From: Cellvibrionales bacterium UBA5860
GTDB lineage: Bacteria > Pseudomonadota > Gammaproteobacteria > Pseudomonadales > Porticoccaceae
Assembly: GCA_002431545.1 (NCBI GenBank)
Contig: DJFY01000086.1
Coordinates: forward strand, 2,848-26,847
DNA length: 24,000 bases
Reading direction: 5' to 3'
Shown here: in pieces, positions 13,617 to 23,976 of the stretch
Position numbering within the stretch: the stretch's first letter is position 1
Layout of the letters: each line of letters opens with the position of its first letter
Notes under the pieces: model-generated
Databases searched by the model: none
The model's input: only the letters and a program-made list of their open reading frames with translations
What the model was told of the DNA's origin: nothing
Position numbers and translations under genes: made by a program

Positions 13617-16076
13617 ATGCAGGAAGATTATCAGCCCCAAAATATCGAGCGCTCTGTTCAGCAGTACTGGCAGCAAGCGCAGTCATTCAAGGCCCGAGAG
13701 GATCACGCCAGGGAAAAATACTACTGTCTGGCAATGTTCCCCTACCCCAGTGGGCAACTGCACATGGGGCACGTGCGCAATTACACCATCGCCGATGTCG
13801 TCGCCCGCTACCAGCGCATGCTTGGCAAGAATGTGTTGCAGCCGATGGGCTGGGACGCGTTCGGATTGCCCGCGGAAAACGCCGCCATCAAGAATAAAAC
13901 CGCGCCAGCCAAATGGACTCGCGAAAATATCCGCTACATGAAAACCCAGTTGCAATCCCTCGGCTTCGCCTACGACTGGGACCGTGAACTCGCCACCTGC
14001 GATGCAGATTACTACCGCTGGGAGCAATGGTTCTTCACACGGCTCTACGAAAAAAACCTGGTCTACCGCAAGACCAGCGCCGTCAACTGGTGCCCGAACG
14101 ACCGAACGGTGCTAGCCAACGAGCAGGTGATCGACGGCTGTTGCTGGCGCTGCGACACGCCCGTCGAACGCAAGGAGATTCCCCAGTGGTTTATTCGCAT
14201 CACCGAGTACGCCGATGAATTACTCGCGGGACTGGACGCGCTGGACGACTGGCCCGAGCAAGTGCGCACCATGCAACGCAACTGGATCGGTAAAAGCCGG
14301 GGCATCACCATGCGCATCGCGCTGGAATATCCAGTCGCCGGAGCAGCGAACTTCGAGGTCTATACGACCCGCCCCGACACCGTCATGGGTATCACCTATT
14401 TCTGTCTCGCCGCCGAACACCCGATCTCCATCGAACTTGCCAAAAGCGATAAAGAACTGGGCGCCTTTCTCGAACGCTGCAAACGGCAATCCGTTGCCGA
14501 AGCCGATATGGCCACGATGGAAAAAGACGGTCGGGATACCGGACTGTTTGCCCGGCACCCGATCAGTGGCGAAAAACTACCCGTATGGGTGGCCAACTAT
14601 GTGCTGATGGACTACGGCTCGGGTGCTGTGATGGCGGTCCCGGCTCACGACCAGCGGGACTGGGAATTCGCGCAGAAATTCCGGCTGCCCATCAAACAGG
14701 TCATCGAACCGCTTGACAATACAGATTGCGACATCAGCTCGGCAGCCTTTATCGAAAAAGGCCGTTTGATTGCATCGGGTGATTTTGACGGTCTCGATTT
14801 CGACGGCGCTTTCACCGCTATAGCGCAAACACTGGCCGAAGACGATCGCGGCCGTGTCACCACCAATTACCGTCTGAAAGACTGGGGCGTGTCGCGCCAA
14901 CGCTACTGGGGCGCACCCATCCCCATGATCTACGACGACAAGGGTATGGAGATTCCGGTACCAGCGGACAAGCTGCCGGTGCTATTGCCGGAAGACGTGA
15001 CCATCGATGGCGTGCACTCGCCCCTCAAGACGGACGATAACTGGAACAAAGTCACTCACGACGGCAGCGTCCTGGCTCGGGAGACGGACACCTTCGATAC
15101 TTTCATGGAATCTTCCTGGTATTACGCCCGCTTCACCTGCCCCGATGCCGACACAGCGATGCTGGACCGGCAGCGCGCCGACTACTGGTTACCGGTCGAC
15201 CAATATATCGGCGGCATTGAACACGCCATCCTGCATTTACTGTATGCGCGCTTTTTTCACAAATTGATGCGCGACGAAGGCCTGGTTTCGTCCGACGAAC
15301 CTTTCACTAAACTGGTATGCCAGGGCATGGTGCTAAAGGACGGCAGCAAGATGTCCAAGTCCAAAGGCAACACCGTCGATCCGCAGAGCCTGATCGACCG
15401 TTACGGGGCCGACACCGTGCGCCTGTTTACCATGTTTGCCGCTCCGCCGGAGCAGTCCCTGGAGTGGTCAGACGAAGGCGTAGCCGGCGCCTCGCGTTTT
15501 CTGCGCAGATTGTGGAAGACGCTATATGAGCACTGCCGGGCGCCTACCCCCGGGACTCTCGACACCGACAAGCTAAGCGCCGCCGAGCGAGATGTCCGAC
15601 GCAAGACCCACGCCACCATCGCCAAGGTCAGCGACGATTTCGGGCGACGGCAAACCTTCAACACGGCCATAGCCGCCGTGATGGAATTACTTAACGAACT
15701 CAATAAACTCGATGCGGACTCGCCCCAGGCGGGTGCCATCGCTCAGGAAGCACTGGAAACAGCAGTGCTGCTGTTAGCGCCAATTACGCCACATCTCTGT
15801 CACGTCGCCTGGCATGCACTGGGGCACGAAGACCCTGTCATTGATGCGACCTGGCCACAGGTCGACGAGTCTGCGCTGGTGCAGGACCACATCAAGATGG
15901 CGGTTCAGGTCAACGGTAAAGTACGGGCGCAAATCGAAGTGGCGAACGGCACTCCGCAGGAAGAAATCGAACAAACCGCCATTGCCGACACCAACGTCCA
16001 ACGCTTTACCGACGGGAAAAGCATCCGTAAAGTTATCGTTGTCCCGGGCCGCCTGGTCAATATCGTAGCGGGCTGA
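13617..16076 (+). CDS. leuS: Leucine--tRNA ligase.
   Basis: The sequence matches LeuS throughout: [19 protein letters not shown]...[16 protein letters not shown] (HIGH motif) ...KMSKSKGN (KMSKS motif). The ATG at 13617 matches the canonical MQEQY-type N-terminus. The track ORF starts 4 codons earlier, at GTG 13605. Confidence 0.97.
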   Translation: MQEDYQPQNIERSVQQYWQQAQSFKAREDHAREKYYCLAMFPYPSGQLHMGHVRNYTIADVVARYQRMLGKNVLQPMGWDAFGLPAENAAIKNKTAPAKWTRENIRYMKTQLQSLGFAYDWDRELATCDADYYRWEQWFFTRLYEKNLVYRKTSAVNWCPNDRTVLANEQVIDGCCWRCDTPVERKEIPQWFIRITEYADELLAGLDALDDWPEQVRTMQRNWIGKSRGITMRIALEYPVAGAANFEVYTTRPDTVMGITYFCLAAEHPISIELAKSDKELGAFLERCKRQSVAEADMATMEKDGRDTGLFARHPISGEKLPVWVANYVLMDYGSGAVMAVPAHDQRDWEFAQKFRLPIKQVIEPLDNTDCDISSAAFIEKGRLIASGDFDGLDFDGAFTAIAQTLAEDDRGRVTTNYRLKDWGVSRQRYWGAPIPMIYDDKGMEIPVPADKLPVLLPEDVTIDGVHSPLKTDDNWNKVTHDGSVLARETDTFDTFMESSWYYARFTCPDADTAMLDRQRADYWLPVDQYIGGIEHAILHLLYARFFHKLMRDEGLVSSDEPFTKLVCQGMVLKDGSKMSKSKGNTVDPQSLIDRYGADTVRLFTMFAAPPEQSLEWSDEGVAGASRFLRRLWKTLYEHCRAPTPGTLDTDKLSAAERDVRRKTHATIAKVSDDFGRRQTFNTAIAAVMELLNELNKLDADSPQAGAIAQEALETAVLLLAPITPHLCHVAWHALGHEDPVIDATWPQVDESALVQDHIKMAVQVNGKVRAQIEVANGTPQEEIEQTAIADTNVQRFTDGKSIRKVIVVPGRLVNIVAG

Positions 16077-16117
16077 GGCAGGCTACAAGAGCTCTTTAAT
16101 CACACCGGAACCCCTTC

Positions 16118-16633
16118 ATGGTAAAAAACTGGCTCCTGTTTTGTGTCGTCGCACTCGCGCTCAACGCCTGCGGCTGGCAATTACGCGGCTCGAGTGGCGT
16201 CGTCACCTTTGACCGATTGCACATCAGCGCCAAAAACCCGGACAGCGGCGTCGTGCGCAACCTGGAGAGACAGCTGGAAGCCAGTGGCGTGACACTGGTT
16301 GACGAGGCCCGAGACGCCGACTACAGCCTGGTCATCGTCAACGAGCACAGCTCTAACCGAGCCGCCACTATTAGTTCCAGCGCGCGTATTTCCGAGCGTT
16401 CGCTAACCGAAAGTGTGGTATTTCAGGTGCTGGACGCGAGCGGCAAGCAAATCTATCCGCGAACCCGCGCGTCCGTTGAGCGCGTCTACGAATACGACGA
16501 AAACAATATCCTCGCCACTGATGACGAAGCACGTCTCCTCAAAAAGGAAATGCACGACGATCTCGCGCGACAAATCTACAATCGACTGCGGCAACTGAGA
16601 GGCCAGCCTCCGGTCAATGCGCCTGCGTCCTGA
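16118..16633 (+). CDS. lptE: LPS-assembly lipoprotein LptE.
   Basis: 171 aa. Lipobox and signature LALNACGWQLRG. It sits in the conserved position between leuS and holA. Confidence 0.9.
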   Translation: MVKNWLLFCVVALALNACGWQLRGSSGVVTFDRLHISAKNPDSGVVRNLERQLEASGVTLVDEARDADYSLVIVNEHSSNRAATISSSARISERSLTESVVFQVLDASGKQIYPRTRASVERVYEYDENNILATDDEARLLKKEMHDDLARQIYNRLRQLRGQPPVNAPAS

Positions 16634-17672
16634 GAAGCTCGCCAGTCATCTGGAGCAGACTCTTGCCCCTGTCTATATCGTGACAGGGGATGAAACACTG
16701 CTGGTTCAGGAAGCCTGCGACAGCGTGCGCAGCAGTGCCCGAAGACAAGGCTTCGAAGACAGGGAGGTTTTCGATATGGGCAAAGCGGCCGACTGGCAAC
16801 AAATAATGAACGAGGCAAACAGCCTCTCCCTGTTCGCACAGCAGCGCATCTTCGAAGTTCGGCTGACTTCAGCCAAACCGGGCAAGGAAGGCAGCCAGTT
16901 CTTCATCGACTACTGCCAGCAGATTAATCCCGACAACCTCCTGCTCGTTATCATGCCCAAACTGGATCGGTCGGCCCAGTCGAGCAAGTGGTTCCGCGCG
17001 CTCGACGAACACGGCGTCGTAATTCAGGTATGGCCGGTCGACACGGCACAACTGCCGGCCTGGATTCAACGGCGACTTCGCGCGCGGGGAATTGACGCCA
17101 GCCAGCAGGCTGTTGAAATTCTCGCTGACAGAGTCGAAGGCAATTTGCTGGCGGCCAGTCAGGAGATCGAAAAACTCGGCCTGCTCAGTGGCGACACCGC
17201 CATAGATGCAGACACCATGTCAGCGGTGGTTGCGGACAGCGCCCGCTACAACGTTTTCGACCTGACTGACCGCATTCTTGCCGGTGACCAGGCGGCGGCA
17301 GCTCGCACGTTGCGCGGATTGCGCGACGAAGGCACCGATGCCACGGTAATTCTCTGGGCCGTAGCACGTGAGCTGCGCGCACTGCTACGGGTCAGTGAAG
17401 CAGTAGCGACTGGCCGCCGAACTGACGATGCACTCGACGACGCCGGTGTCTGGGACAAACAAAAACCGCGCATGCGCGAAGCACTGAGGCGCCTGCGAAC
17501 GGGTCAGCTTATTGTATTACTGCGTCAAGCCGCCATGATCGACCGCATGATCAAGGGCCTTGCGCCGGGCTCGCCATGGTTGGAGCTGACCAATCTGACG
17601 CTGAGTTTGAGCGGCGCCAACCCGTTGCACCCGAGTAATATTCGCCTGACGTTGCGCGAACAAACAATCTAA
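16617..17672 (+). CDS. holA: DNA polymerase III subunit delta.
   Basis: 351 aa. The N-terminus LRPEKLASHLEQTLAPVYIVTGDETLL is typical of HolA. It overlaps lptE by 17 nt, and the leuS-lptE-holA synteny is conserved. Confidence 0.9.
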   Translation: MRLRPEKLASHLEQTLAPVYIVTGDETLLVQEACDSVRSSARRQGFEDREVFDMGKAADWQQIMNEANSLSLFAQQRIFEVRLTSAKPGKEGSQFFIDYCQQINPDNLLLVIMPKLDRSAQSSKWFRALDEHGVVIQVWPVDTAQLPAWIQRRLRARGIDASQQAVEILADRVEGNLLAASQEIEKLGLLSGDTAIDADTMSAVVADSARYNVFDLTDRILAGDQAAAARTLRGLRDEGTDATVILWAVARELRALLRVSEAVATGRRTDDALDDAGVWDKQKPRMREALRRLRTGQLIVLLRQAAMIDRMIKGLAPGSPWLELTNLTLSLSGANPLHPSNIRLTLREQTI

Positions 17673-17722
17673 CCCGAGTTTTTACTCCGAAAAATATCGA
17701 CCATAAAAGGACACCCATAACC

Positions 17723-18652
17723 TTGGGTAAGAGAAAAAAACCAAGTACCGATGGCCCGCTGGGCGCATATGCGCCACGCTTCTGGCTATCCTGGCTGATC
17801 GTTGGACTGTCCTGGCTGTTAGCGAAAATACCCGCACGCGCGCAAAGCCGAATCGCCCGGGGTCTGGCTAAGCTCTGCGCAAATACGGGTCTACTGCGAA
17901 GTCAAATCATTCGGCGCAATATCGAGCGCTGTTTCCCCGAACTGGAAGCCCGGGAGAAAGATGCTCTGGTCGAGGAAAACCTTTACTCCACTGTTCTGTG
18001 TCTATTTGACCTGCTCGTCATGGTCTGGGGGCAACGCGAAGACATACTCGAGCGCGGAGAGATCATCGGCGAGCAATATCTCAGAGACGCGCTGGCTCGC
18101 GATGAGCCGCTCATACTGGTCTCCGGGCACTCCACACCGTTCTTGCTGGGCCTGGCCAAGCTCACGGAAATCACCCCGTTTGCCGCAGTTTACCGACGCA
18201 TGGACAATCCTGTACTCGAGGCCCAGCTATATCAGCGCGCCGCGAAAAACTATCCGATCGAAACCATCCACCGCAAAGAAATCCCCCGCATGCTCAACCG
18301 TCTGGCAGACACAAGCATGGTAGCAATTCTGCCGGATCAGGACTTTGGCGTTAACCGCGGCACCTTTATTGACTTTTTCGGAATAAAAACCGCGACGATT
18401 ACCGCGATTCCCCAGTATGCCCGCTCGGCAAATGCCCGCGTAATATTAGGCATCACCCATCGAAAACCCAACGGCGGGTACGCTCTGGAATTAAAACCGG
18501 CGCTCGAAAACTATCCCTCCGGAGACGATGTCGCTGACACCGTAACCTGGAGCAACTGGCTTGAAGGTTTTATCCGCGAGCACCCGGCAGACTACTTCTG
18601 GATTCATAAACGCTTCAAAACCCGCCCCCCCGGAGAAGGCAAATTTTACTGA
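17723..18652 (+). CDS. lpxL: Lipid A biosynthesis (Kdo)2-lipid IVA acyltransferase, LpxL/HtrB family.
   Basis: 309 aa. Family-typical blocks are YRRMDNPVLEAQLYQRAAKN, ILPDQDFGVNRGTFIDFFG and ADYFWIHKRFKTRPPGE. The TTG start is uncertain. Confidence 0.75.
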   Translation: MGKRKKPSTDGPLGAYAPRFWLSWLIVGLSWLLAKIPARAQSRIARGLAKLCANTGLLRSQIIRRNIERCFPELEAREKDALVEENLYSTVLCLFDLLVMVWGQREDILERGEIIGEQYLRDALARDEPLILVSGHSTPFLLGLAKLTEITPFAAVYRRMDNPVLEAQLYQRAAKNYPIETIHRKEIPRMLNRLADTSMVAILPDQDFGVNRGTFIDFFGIKTATITAIPQYARSANARVILGITHRKPNGGYALELKPALENYPSGDDVADTVTWSNWLEGFIREHPADYFWIHKRFKTRPPGEGKFY

Positions 18653-18742
18653 TCGGGGAAGCACCCGCGCGATCGAAGAACCGATGGGCTGACACGGCAC
18701 CCGGTTAAACGCAGCGGGCCTGCTATTGTTAATCGAGCGTGA

Positions 18743-19519
18743 TTAACCGCCCCGGTATTGAACAAAGAATTGCCGTGCCGTACGGCCACTGCGCGAAGCG
18801 CGCGTCATGGCGAACTGTTTGGCTGCTCGATGTAGTGCTTGCCTGTCGATATCCTCGAACCCGGCAACTCGCTGGTCAAACAGTGCATCGACGATAGCCA
18901 GATACTGCGCCATCGTATTCGGATAGAAGGACAACCAGAGCCCAAAACGATCAGCCAGAGAAAGCTTCTCTTCGATTCGATCACCGTAGTGAAGTTCGCC
19001 ATCGACGATCTCCACCGCCTCATTGTCGGTGGCCTGTTCACTCACCAGGTGGCGGCGGTTAGAGGTCGCGCAGAGCAGAACATTACTGGGCGGCAGTTCG
19101 ATCGAACCCTCGAGCACGCTTTTCAGATGCTTGAACCCGGTTTCACCTTCATCAAATGACAGGTCGTCGCAAAACACCAGAAAGCGCTGTGGCAAGTCGC
19201 GCAGGTCGTCGACGATTTCAGTTAAGTCGGACAAATCATCCTTGTCCACTTCAACAATTCGTAGGCCGCACTCAGCGTAGGCGTTGAGGGCACATTTTAC
19301 GAGACTGGATTTCCCCGTACCGCGCGCACCCCATAGCAATACATTATTGGCGCGGCTGCCGGCGATAAACAGTTCCAGATTGTCGCGAAAAGCACTTTTT
19401 TGCGCGTCTATGCCAAGCAAATCGTCGAAGCCCACATCGTCCAATTGTCGCACCGGACGCAGCGCCTCGCGCCTGGGCCGCCACACAGCGGCGAGTGTTG
19501 TTAGCCAATCGATGGTCAC
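18743..19519 (-). CDS. P-loop ATPase, DUF815 family.
   Basis: Family-typical blocks are DWLTTLAAVWRP...DDLLGIDAQKSAFRDNLELFIAGSRANNVLLWGARGTGKSSLVK (Walker A) ...FLVFCDDLSF (Walker B). The ORF is open up to ATG 19636, but that start would overlap the upstream VanZ gene by 113 nt. GTG at 19519 lies 4 nt after the VanZ stop and is preceded by GGGGA, so I prefer it. Confidence 0.75.
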   Translation of the reverse strand: MTIDWLTTLAAVWRPRREALRPVRQLDDVGFDDLLGIDAQKSAFRDNLELFIAGSRANNVLLWGARGTGKSSLVKCALNAYAECGLRIVEVDKDDLSDLTEIVDDLRDLPQRFLVFCDDLSFDEGETGFKHLKSVLEGSIELPPSNVLLCATSNRRHLVSEQATDNEAVEIVDGELHYGDRIEEKLSLADRFGLWLSFYPNTMAQYLAIVDALFDQRVAGFEDIDRQALHRAAKQFAMTRASRSGRTARQFFVQYRGG

Positions 19520-19523
19520 GCTT

Positions 19524-19904
19524 TTATCCCCGGCGAGGATGCTGCGTCCATGAGCGAGGCAAGAGCGGAAAGCAGAATGAAAGCAGAAGATTGCCAAAAC
19601 CAGAGCCACCAGCATTGGCCAACATATCCACTCCATCCATAGACCGATCGCCGGTTTGTGACTGCAGAATCTCGATCAATCCGCCGAAAGTCAGCAAGGC
19701 GATATGTAGACGCCAACGCCAGACCCTTCCCGGAAAAGCCAGCCAAGCCAGGATATAAAGGGCAGCGTAGGTCACAAAATGGATGAGCTTGTCGGCACCA
19801 GCGAACAGTTCTATGCCCCCGGGAGACCGCAGGGAACCGTAGATCACTACAATCAGCGCAGTCGCCAACACCACGCGCCAAACCAACAGAGGCGGAGAAA
19901 ACAT
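19524..19904 (-). CDS. VanZ-like family membrane protein.
   Basis: VanZ-type pattern: ADKLIHFVTYAALYILAW...FGGLIEILQSQTGDRSMDGVDMLANAGG. ATG 19904 (MFSPPLLVWRVVL...) is the likely start, although the track ORF extends to 19982. Confidence 0.7.
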   Translation of the reverse strand: MFSPPLLVWRVVLATALIVVIYGSLRSPGGIELFAGADKLIHFVTYAALYILAWLAFPGRVWRWRLHIALLTFGGLIEILQSQTGDRSMDGVDMLANAGGSGFGNLLLSFCFPLLPRSWTQHPRRG

Positions 19905-20216
19905 AGCGACGTATCCACAACCTTTGAATTCGCATCGCATTATATGGAAAATCACCCCTGCTCGATACGCATTGCGCTCCAACGTGGTCGAGGAGCGAGC
20001 TGTGTGTCAAACCGGCGCCCTGCGACATTATGCCGCCACCGGTTGTCCAAATCCCCAGGGGGAAAGTACCAACCTGTTGCCATAATTGCTAGAATGCGCC
20101 GGTTAAATTTGGCTAACCCAAGTGATACTGCGGGGTGCACCCGCCTGATTTGGTTCCTGTAAAACGCAAACCATTATCAACGGGCATACTAAAACAATAG
20201 TTCAAGAGAGGTAGTT

Positions 20217-21755
20217 ATGGATCAAGGTCTGGGATACTGGCTGACCAAGCGAGAGCTTATTTCCGGCAATCGTCTCGCGGTGGTGAACCGGCACAAACGC
20301 TTTACCTACAAAGAAATGAACCGGCGTTGCAACCGCCTGGCCAATGCCTTGCGCGACAATGGTGTGCGCCCTGGCGACCGCGTTGCTTCGCTTTTGATGA
20401 ACGGCCACGAGCAGCTGGAGCTGATTTTCGCCGTAGCAAAACTGGGCGCGATCTTCCTGCCCATTAACTACCGTCTGACGGTACCGGAGATCGAGTACAT
20501 CATCGATGACTCCGGCTCCCGGACGCTGTTTTTCCACGACGAATTCCGCCATCTGGCCGAAGGCGTGAACGAACTGCGAAACTTCGATAACTTTATCTAC
20601 TGCGGTAACGCCCGCGCCTGTGACGACGACGCCGACTATGAAGCTTTCATCGCCAGCGGCGAAGACAGCGAAATCAACGCCGCGGTCAGCGCCGACGACG
20701 TTGCCCTGCTGATGTATACCTCCGGCACCACCGGCCGGCCCAAGGGCGCCATGCTGACTCACGCAGCCCATGCCGCCAACGTTTATCACACGACGCAGCG
20801 CCTGCCCATCCACGCCGACACCGTGTCTCTGGGTGTGGCGCCCATGTTTCACATCGGTGGCACCAGCGTTATCGTCCTGCCGACCCTGTTCCAGGGCGGC
20901 ACCGTGGTTACTCTGCCGGAATTCGACGCCGTTAAGGTGCTCGAAGCCACCGAGCAGGAAGGCATCACAGGCCTGTTCTGTGTTCCGTCAATGTGGCAAA
21001 TGATCGTCGAAGAGCTCGACAAAAAAGACTTCAACCTCAGTTCCATCGAATTCCTGATGACCGGCGCCGCACCAACGCCGCTGAAGATTCTCGCCTACTT
21101 CAAGGAGCGGGGCCTGGATATCTACGAAGGTTTCGGCATGACCGAGATGGCACCTCTGGTGACCATCCTCGACAAATGGGATTGTGAGCGTAAAAACGGC
21201 TCGGTGGGCTATCCGGCGTTTTTCGTCGATGTCCGCACCATCGATGAGGAAGGCAAGGACGTGGGGCCCAACAATGTGGGTGAAGTGATCTGTCGCGGCC
21301 CCAACATGCTCAAAGGCTACTGGAACAAACCCGAGGCCACAGCCGAGGCCCTGCGCGGGGGCTGGTATCACTCAGGGGATCTGGGCTACCTGGACGACGA
21401 AGGCTTCCTCTACATCGTCGACCGCAAGAAAGACATGATTATTTCCGGCGGCGAAAACGTCTACCCCGCAGAACTGGAACAAACCATGTACCAGAACGAA
21501 GCCATCGCCGAAGTCGCCGTCATCGGTGTACCCCATGAAAAATGGCAGGAAGTTCCCGCTGCCTGCGTGGTCCTCAAGGAAGGCGCTTCTCTTACGGAAA
21601 ACGAACTCATCGAGTTCTGTAATGAGCGCCTGGCCCGCTTTAAAGTGCCCAAGGCCGTTTACTTCCTCGACGAGCTGCCCAAATCCGGCGCCGGCAAGAT
21701 CCTCAAGACCGAGCTGCGCAAATCCCACGGTGGCATCACGGTCGCCGCTAAATAG
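20217..21755 (+). CDS. AMP-dependent acyl-CoA synthetase/ligase (fatty-acid--CoA ligase family).
   Basis: 512 aa. AMP-binding signature LMYTSGTTGRPKGAML. Later motifs are GYGMTE-like (EGFGMTE), YHSGDLGYLDDEGFLYIVDRKKDMIISGGENVYP and GKILK. SD GAGAGG precedes the ATG. Confidence 0.92.
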   Translation: MDQGLGYWLTKRELISGNRLAVVNRHKRFTYKEMNRRCNRLANALRDNGVRPGDRVASLLMNGHEQLELIFAVAKLGAIFLPINYRLTVPEIEYIIDDSGSRTLFFHDEFRHLAEGVNELRNFDNFIYCGNARACDDDADYEAFIASGEDSEINAAVSADDVALLMYTSGTTGRPKGAMLTHAAHAANVYHTTQRLPIHADTVSLGVAPMFHIGGTSVIVLPTLFQGGTVVTLPEFDAVKVLEATEQEGITGLFCVPSMWQMIVEELDKKDFNLSSIEFLMTGAAPTPLKILAYFKERGLDIYEGFGMTEMAPLVTILDKWDCERKNGSVGYPAFFVDVRTIDEEGKDVGPNNVGEVICRGPNMLKGYWNKPEATAEALRGGWYHSGDLGYLDDEGFLYIVDRKKDMIISGGENVYPAELEQTMYQNEAIAEVAVIGVPHEKWQEVPAACVVLKEGASLTENELIEFCNERLARFKVPKAVYFLDELPKSGAGKILKTELRKSHGGITVAAK

Positions 21756-21778
21756 CGCGAAAACAAAAAGCGCGAATT

Positions 21779-21830
21779 AAAGCCACCTTGCTGAGTGATA
21801 ACCTGCTCGGCAAGGTGGCTTTAATTATTG
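21779..21830. terminator. Rho-independent, probably bidirectional, terminator between the convergent acyl-CoA ligase and aminotransferase genes.
   Basis: AGCCACCTTGCTGAG (21781-21795) pairs with CTCGGCAAGGTGGCT (21806-21820). This is a 15-bp stem with one G-U pair and a 10-nt loop. It is flanked by AA on the 5' side and TTTAATTATT on the 3' side. Confidence 0.8.
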
Positions 21831-21986
21831 GGATAACGACCGCCGTCCCGGCGACCCTGAATGCAAGTTTATTGCGATGACTCGAGGCCAGATTCGCCCG
21901 CTTCGGCTCTTTTTGGGGCGGGCGGGGCTGCCCTTGTTTAAAACCAGCCTGGATGTTCGTCGAGCCCGAACGTCGCGCCCTTATAG

Positions 21987-23180
21987 CTAGCGGGTTACCG
22001 CCGCGATTGCAGTAGCCAGATAGTCGACGTTGTCGCGGTTGATCCCGGCGATATTGATACGACTGGAGTCCACCATATAAATACTGTATTGCTGGCGCAA
22101 TAACTGGACCTGCTCTTTTGTCAGCCCTAAAAACGAAAACATGCCGAATTGCCTGGCGATAAAGGCATAGTCGCCGCTGGCCCCGGCCTGAGCAAGTTTC
22201 TCGACGAGCAGCTCGCGCAGCGTGTTGATACGTTCGCGCATGCCCCCCAACTCATCAACCCAGGACTGGCGCAGCGCCTCATCGCCGAGAATCAAGCCAA
22301 CTATTGCCCCACCATGCGAAGGCGGCATGGAGTACATGCCCCGAACCACGTTATTGACATGGGTGATCGCTGCCTGGCTCTGCTCCGCTCGCGCGGACAC
22401 TACAGACAAACTACCAGTGCGCTCGCGATAGAGACCAAAATTTTTGGAACAGGAACTGGCCACCAGAAGCTCTGGCAGGCGTTCCGCCATCAAGCGCACA
22501 CCAAAGGCATCTTCTTCGAGCCCCCGACCCAGGCCCTGATACGCCAGGTCAATGAACGGCAGAAATCCGTTTCGTTCAGCCAGATCGGTTATTTCCCGCC
22601 ATTGGGGTTCGCTCAGGTCAGCACCACAAGGGTTGTGACAACAGCCGTGTAAGAGTACGACATCGCCCTGGCCCGCCGCCTGCAAAGCAGACATCATTTC
22701 GTCAAACAGAACCTCGCCTGAACCAGGCCGATAGTATGGATACGTCGCCAGGTCAACACCGGCATTACCCAACAGGGGCACGTGGTTAGGCCAGGTGGGA
22801 TCACTCACCCATACCTTCACGGCTTTCGCGCAACGCAGGAGAAACTCCGCACCGACACGCAGCGCGCCACAGCCCCCGGGCGTTAGCACAGTATGGGCCC
22901 GTCTGTCCGCCAGCGCCGAATGACTCGCGCCGAAAATCTCACGGCGAATACCTTCGTTAAACTCGGGAACGCCTGCCGGACCGATGTAGGCCTTGGTCTG
23001 CTCCGCGTGATGCCAACGCAACTCCGCTTCCTTAACGGCCTGCATGATGGGTGTATCGCTGCGCTCATTGCGATAAACGCCAACGCCCAGGTCGACCTTG
23101 TCGGGGTTGGCATCGGCATGAAAATCCGCGATCAGACCCAGGATAGGATCGGCAGGTAAGGGCTGAATATGCGCAAACAT
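21987..23180 (-). CDS. Class-I PLP aminotransferase, AspC/TyrB family (aspartate/aromatic amino acid aminotransferase).
   Basis: 397 aa. N-terminus MFAHIQPLPADPILGL...DLGVGVYRNE and PLP-lysine motif SCSKNFGLYRERTG are typical of AspC/TyrB. Confidence 0.92.
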   Translation of the reverse strand: MFAHIQPLPADPILGLIADFHADANPDKVDLGVGVYRNERSDTPIMQAVKEAELRWHHAEQTKAYIGPAGVPEFNEGIRREIFGASHSALADRRAHTVLTPGGCGALRVGAEFLLRCAKAVKVWVSDPTWPNHVPLLGNAGVDLATYPYYRPGSGEVLFDEMMSALQAAGQGDVVLLHGCCHNPCGADLSEPQWREITDLAERNGFLPFIDLAYQGLGRGLEEDAFGVRLMAERLPELLVASSCSKNFGLYRERTGSLSVVSARAEQSQAAITHVNNVVRGMYSMPPSHGGAIVGLILGDEALRQSWVDELGGMRERINTLRELLVEKLAQAGASGDYAFIARQFGMFSFLGLTKEQVQLLRQQYSIYMVDSSRINIAGINRDNVDYLATAIAAVTR

Positions 23181-23304
23181 GGGAACCTCAAGATAATGCG
23201 CTTGCAGGGATATGTTCAGCTGACAAGCATCAGATATAAAAGCGGCCTATTGTAGCGTTATTCGTACGGTGCTTCCTGCGTTAAATAAACGGACCCACTC
23301 TGGA

Positions 23305-23976
23305 TCAGACATTATTTAGGGCCCGCAAACGCGCCATTGTCCCAACATCAGACCAGGAACCCCGATAAATCTCACCACTGATCCTGGCCGACTCGATTGC
23401 GGGACCAAGAATTTCGCGCAGCGGGAAGGTGTGGGCCGCCACGGGAAACTGGGAAAACAGCGCGGGATCGACTACAGACAGCCCACTGTAAGTAAACCCC
23501 TGGCTGGCCTCGGGCCGGGGACGCACCAGGCCGGATTCACCGAGGCAATAATCGCCACTGGCATGGTGCTCGGGATTCGCGACCAGGATTAGGTGCGCCA
23601 GCACCTCGTTCAACTTATATTTTGCCAGCACTTCGAACGGAAAGTCGGTCCAGATATCGCCACTGATGAGGACAAACGGCGTGTCGCCAAGCAGCGGCAG
23701 CGCACGCTTTATACCGCCACCGGTTTCCAGTGGCGTAGCCTCGCGCGACCACAAAATATTGACCCCGAATCGCGAACCATCTCCCAGTGAGTTTTCGATT
23801 TCTTTTCCCAGCCAGGCGGTATTGATGACCACATCGTTAATGCCGGCCTCGGCCAGGCGCTCCAGGTGATAGACAATCAGGGGTTTACCTCGAACCGGCA
23901 CCAGGACCTTCGGAACGCGCTCAGTCAGCGGCCGCAGGCGCTTACCGTAGCCTGCCGCGAGAATCATTGCTCTCAC
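23305..23976 (-). CDS. murU: N-acetylmuramate alpha-1-phosphate uridylyltransferase (MurU-type nucleotidyltransferase).
   Basis: 223 aa. The N-terminus MRAMILAAGYGKRLRPLTERVPKVLVPV and the size match MurU of Pseudomonas-type peptidoglycan recycling. The start is GTG at 23976, and an ATG alternative lies at 23967. Confidence 0.8.
   Translation of the reverse strand: MRAMILAAGYGKRLRPLTERVPKVLVPVRGKPLIVYHLERLAEAGINDVVINTAWLGKEIENSLGDGSRFGVNILWSREATPLETGGGIKRALPLLGDTPFVLISGDIWTDFPFEVLAKYKLNEVLAHLILVANPEHHASGDYCLGESGLVRPRPEASQGFTYSGLSVVDPALFSQFPVAAHTFPLREILGPAIESARISGEIYRGSWSDVGTMARLRALNNV

Noticed and set aside
20010-20104. A 9-bp inverted repeat, AACCGGCGC...GCGCCGGTT, flanking the region upstream of the acyl-CoA ligase. 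I considered it as a possible operator or long hairpin.
   Set aside because: The arms are 77 nt apart. A 9-mer inverted match within 100 nt is expected several times by chance in 24 kb, roughly 24000 x 100 / 4^9. The match does not extend beyond the 9-mer.
20202-20852. A 216-aa minus-strand ORF, and similar ORFs at 20988-21371 and 21372-21728, opposite the acyl-CoA ligase. ORFs opposite leuS, the MCO, the RND exporter and holA are of the same kind.
   Set aside because: All are antisense shadows of strongly supported genes in GC-rich coding sequence. Their compositions are Gly/Ala/Val/Arg-biased, as expected for the reverse frame.
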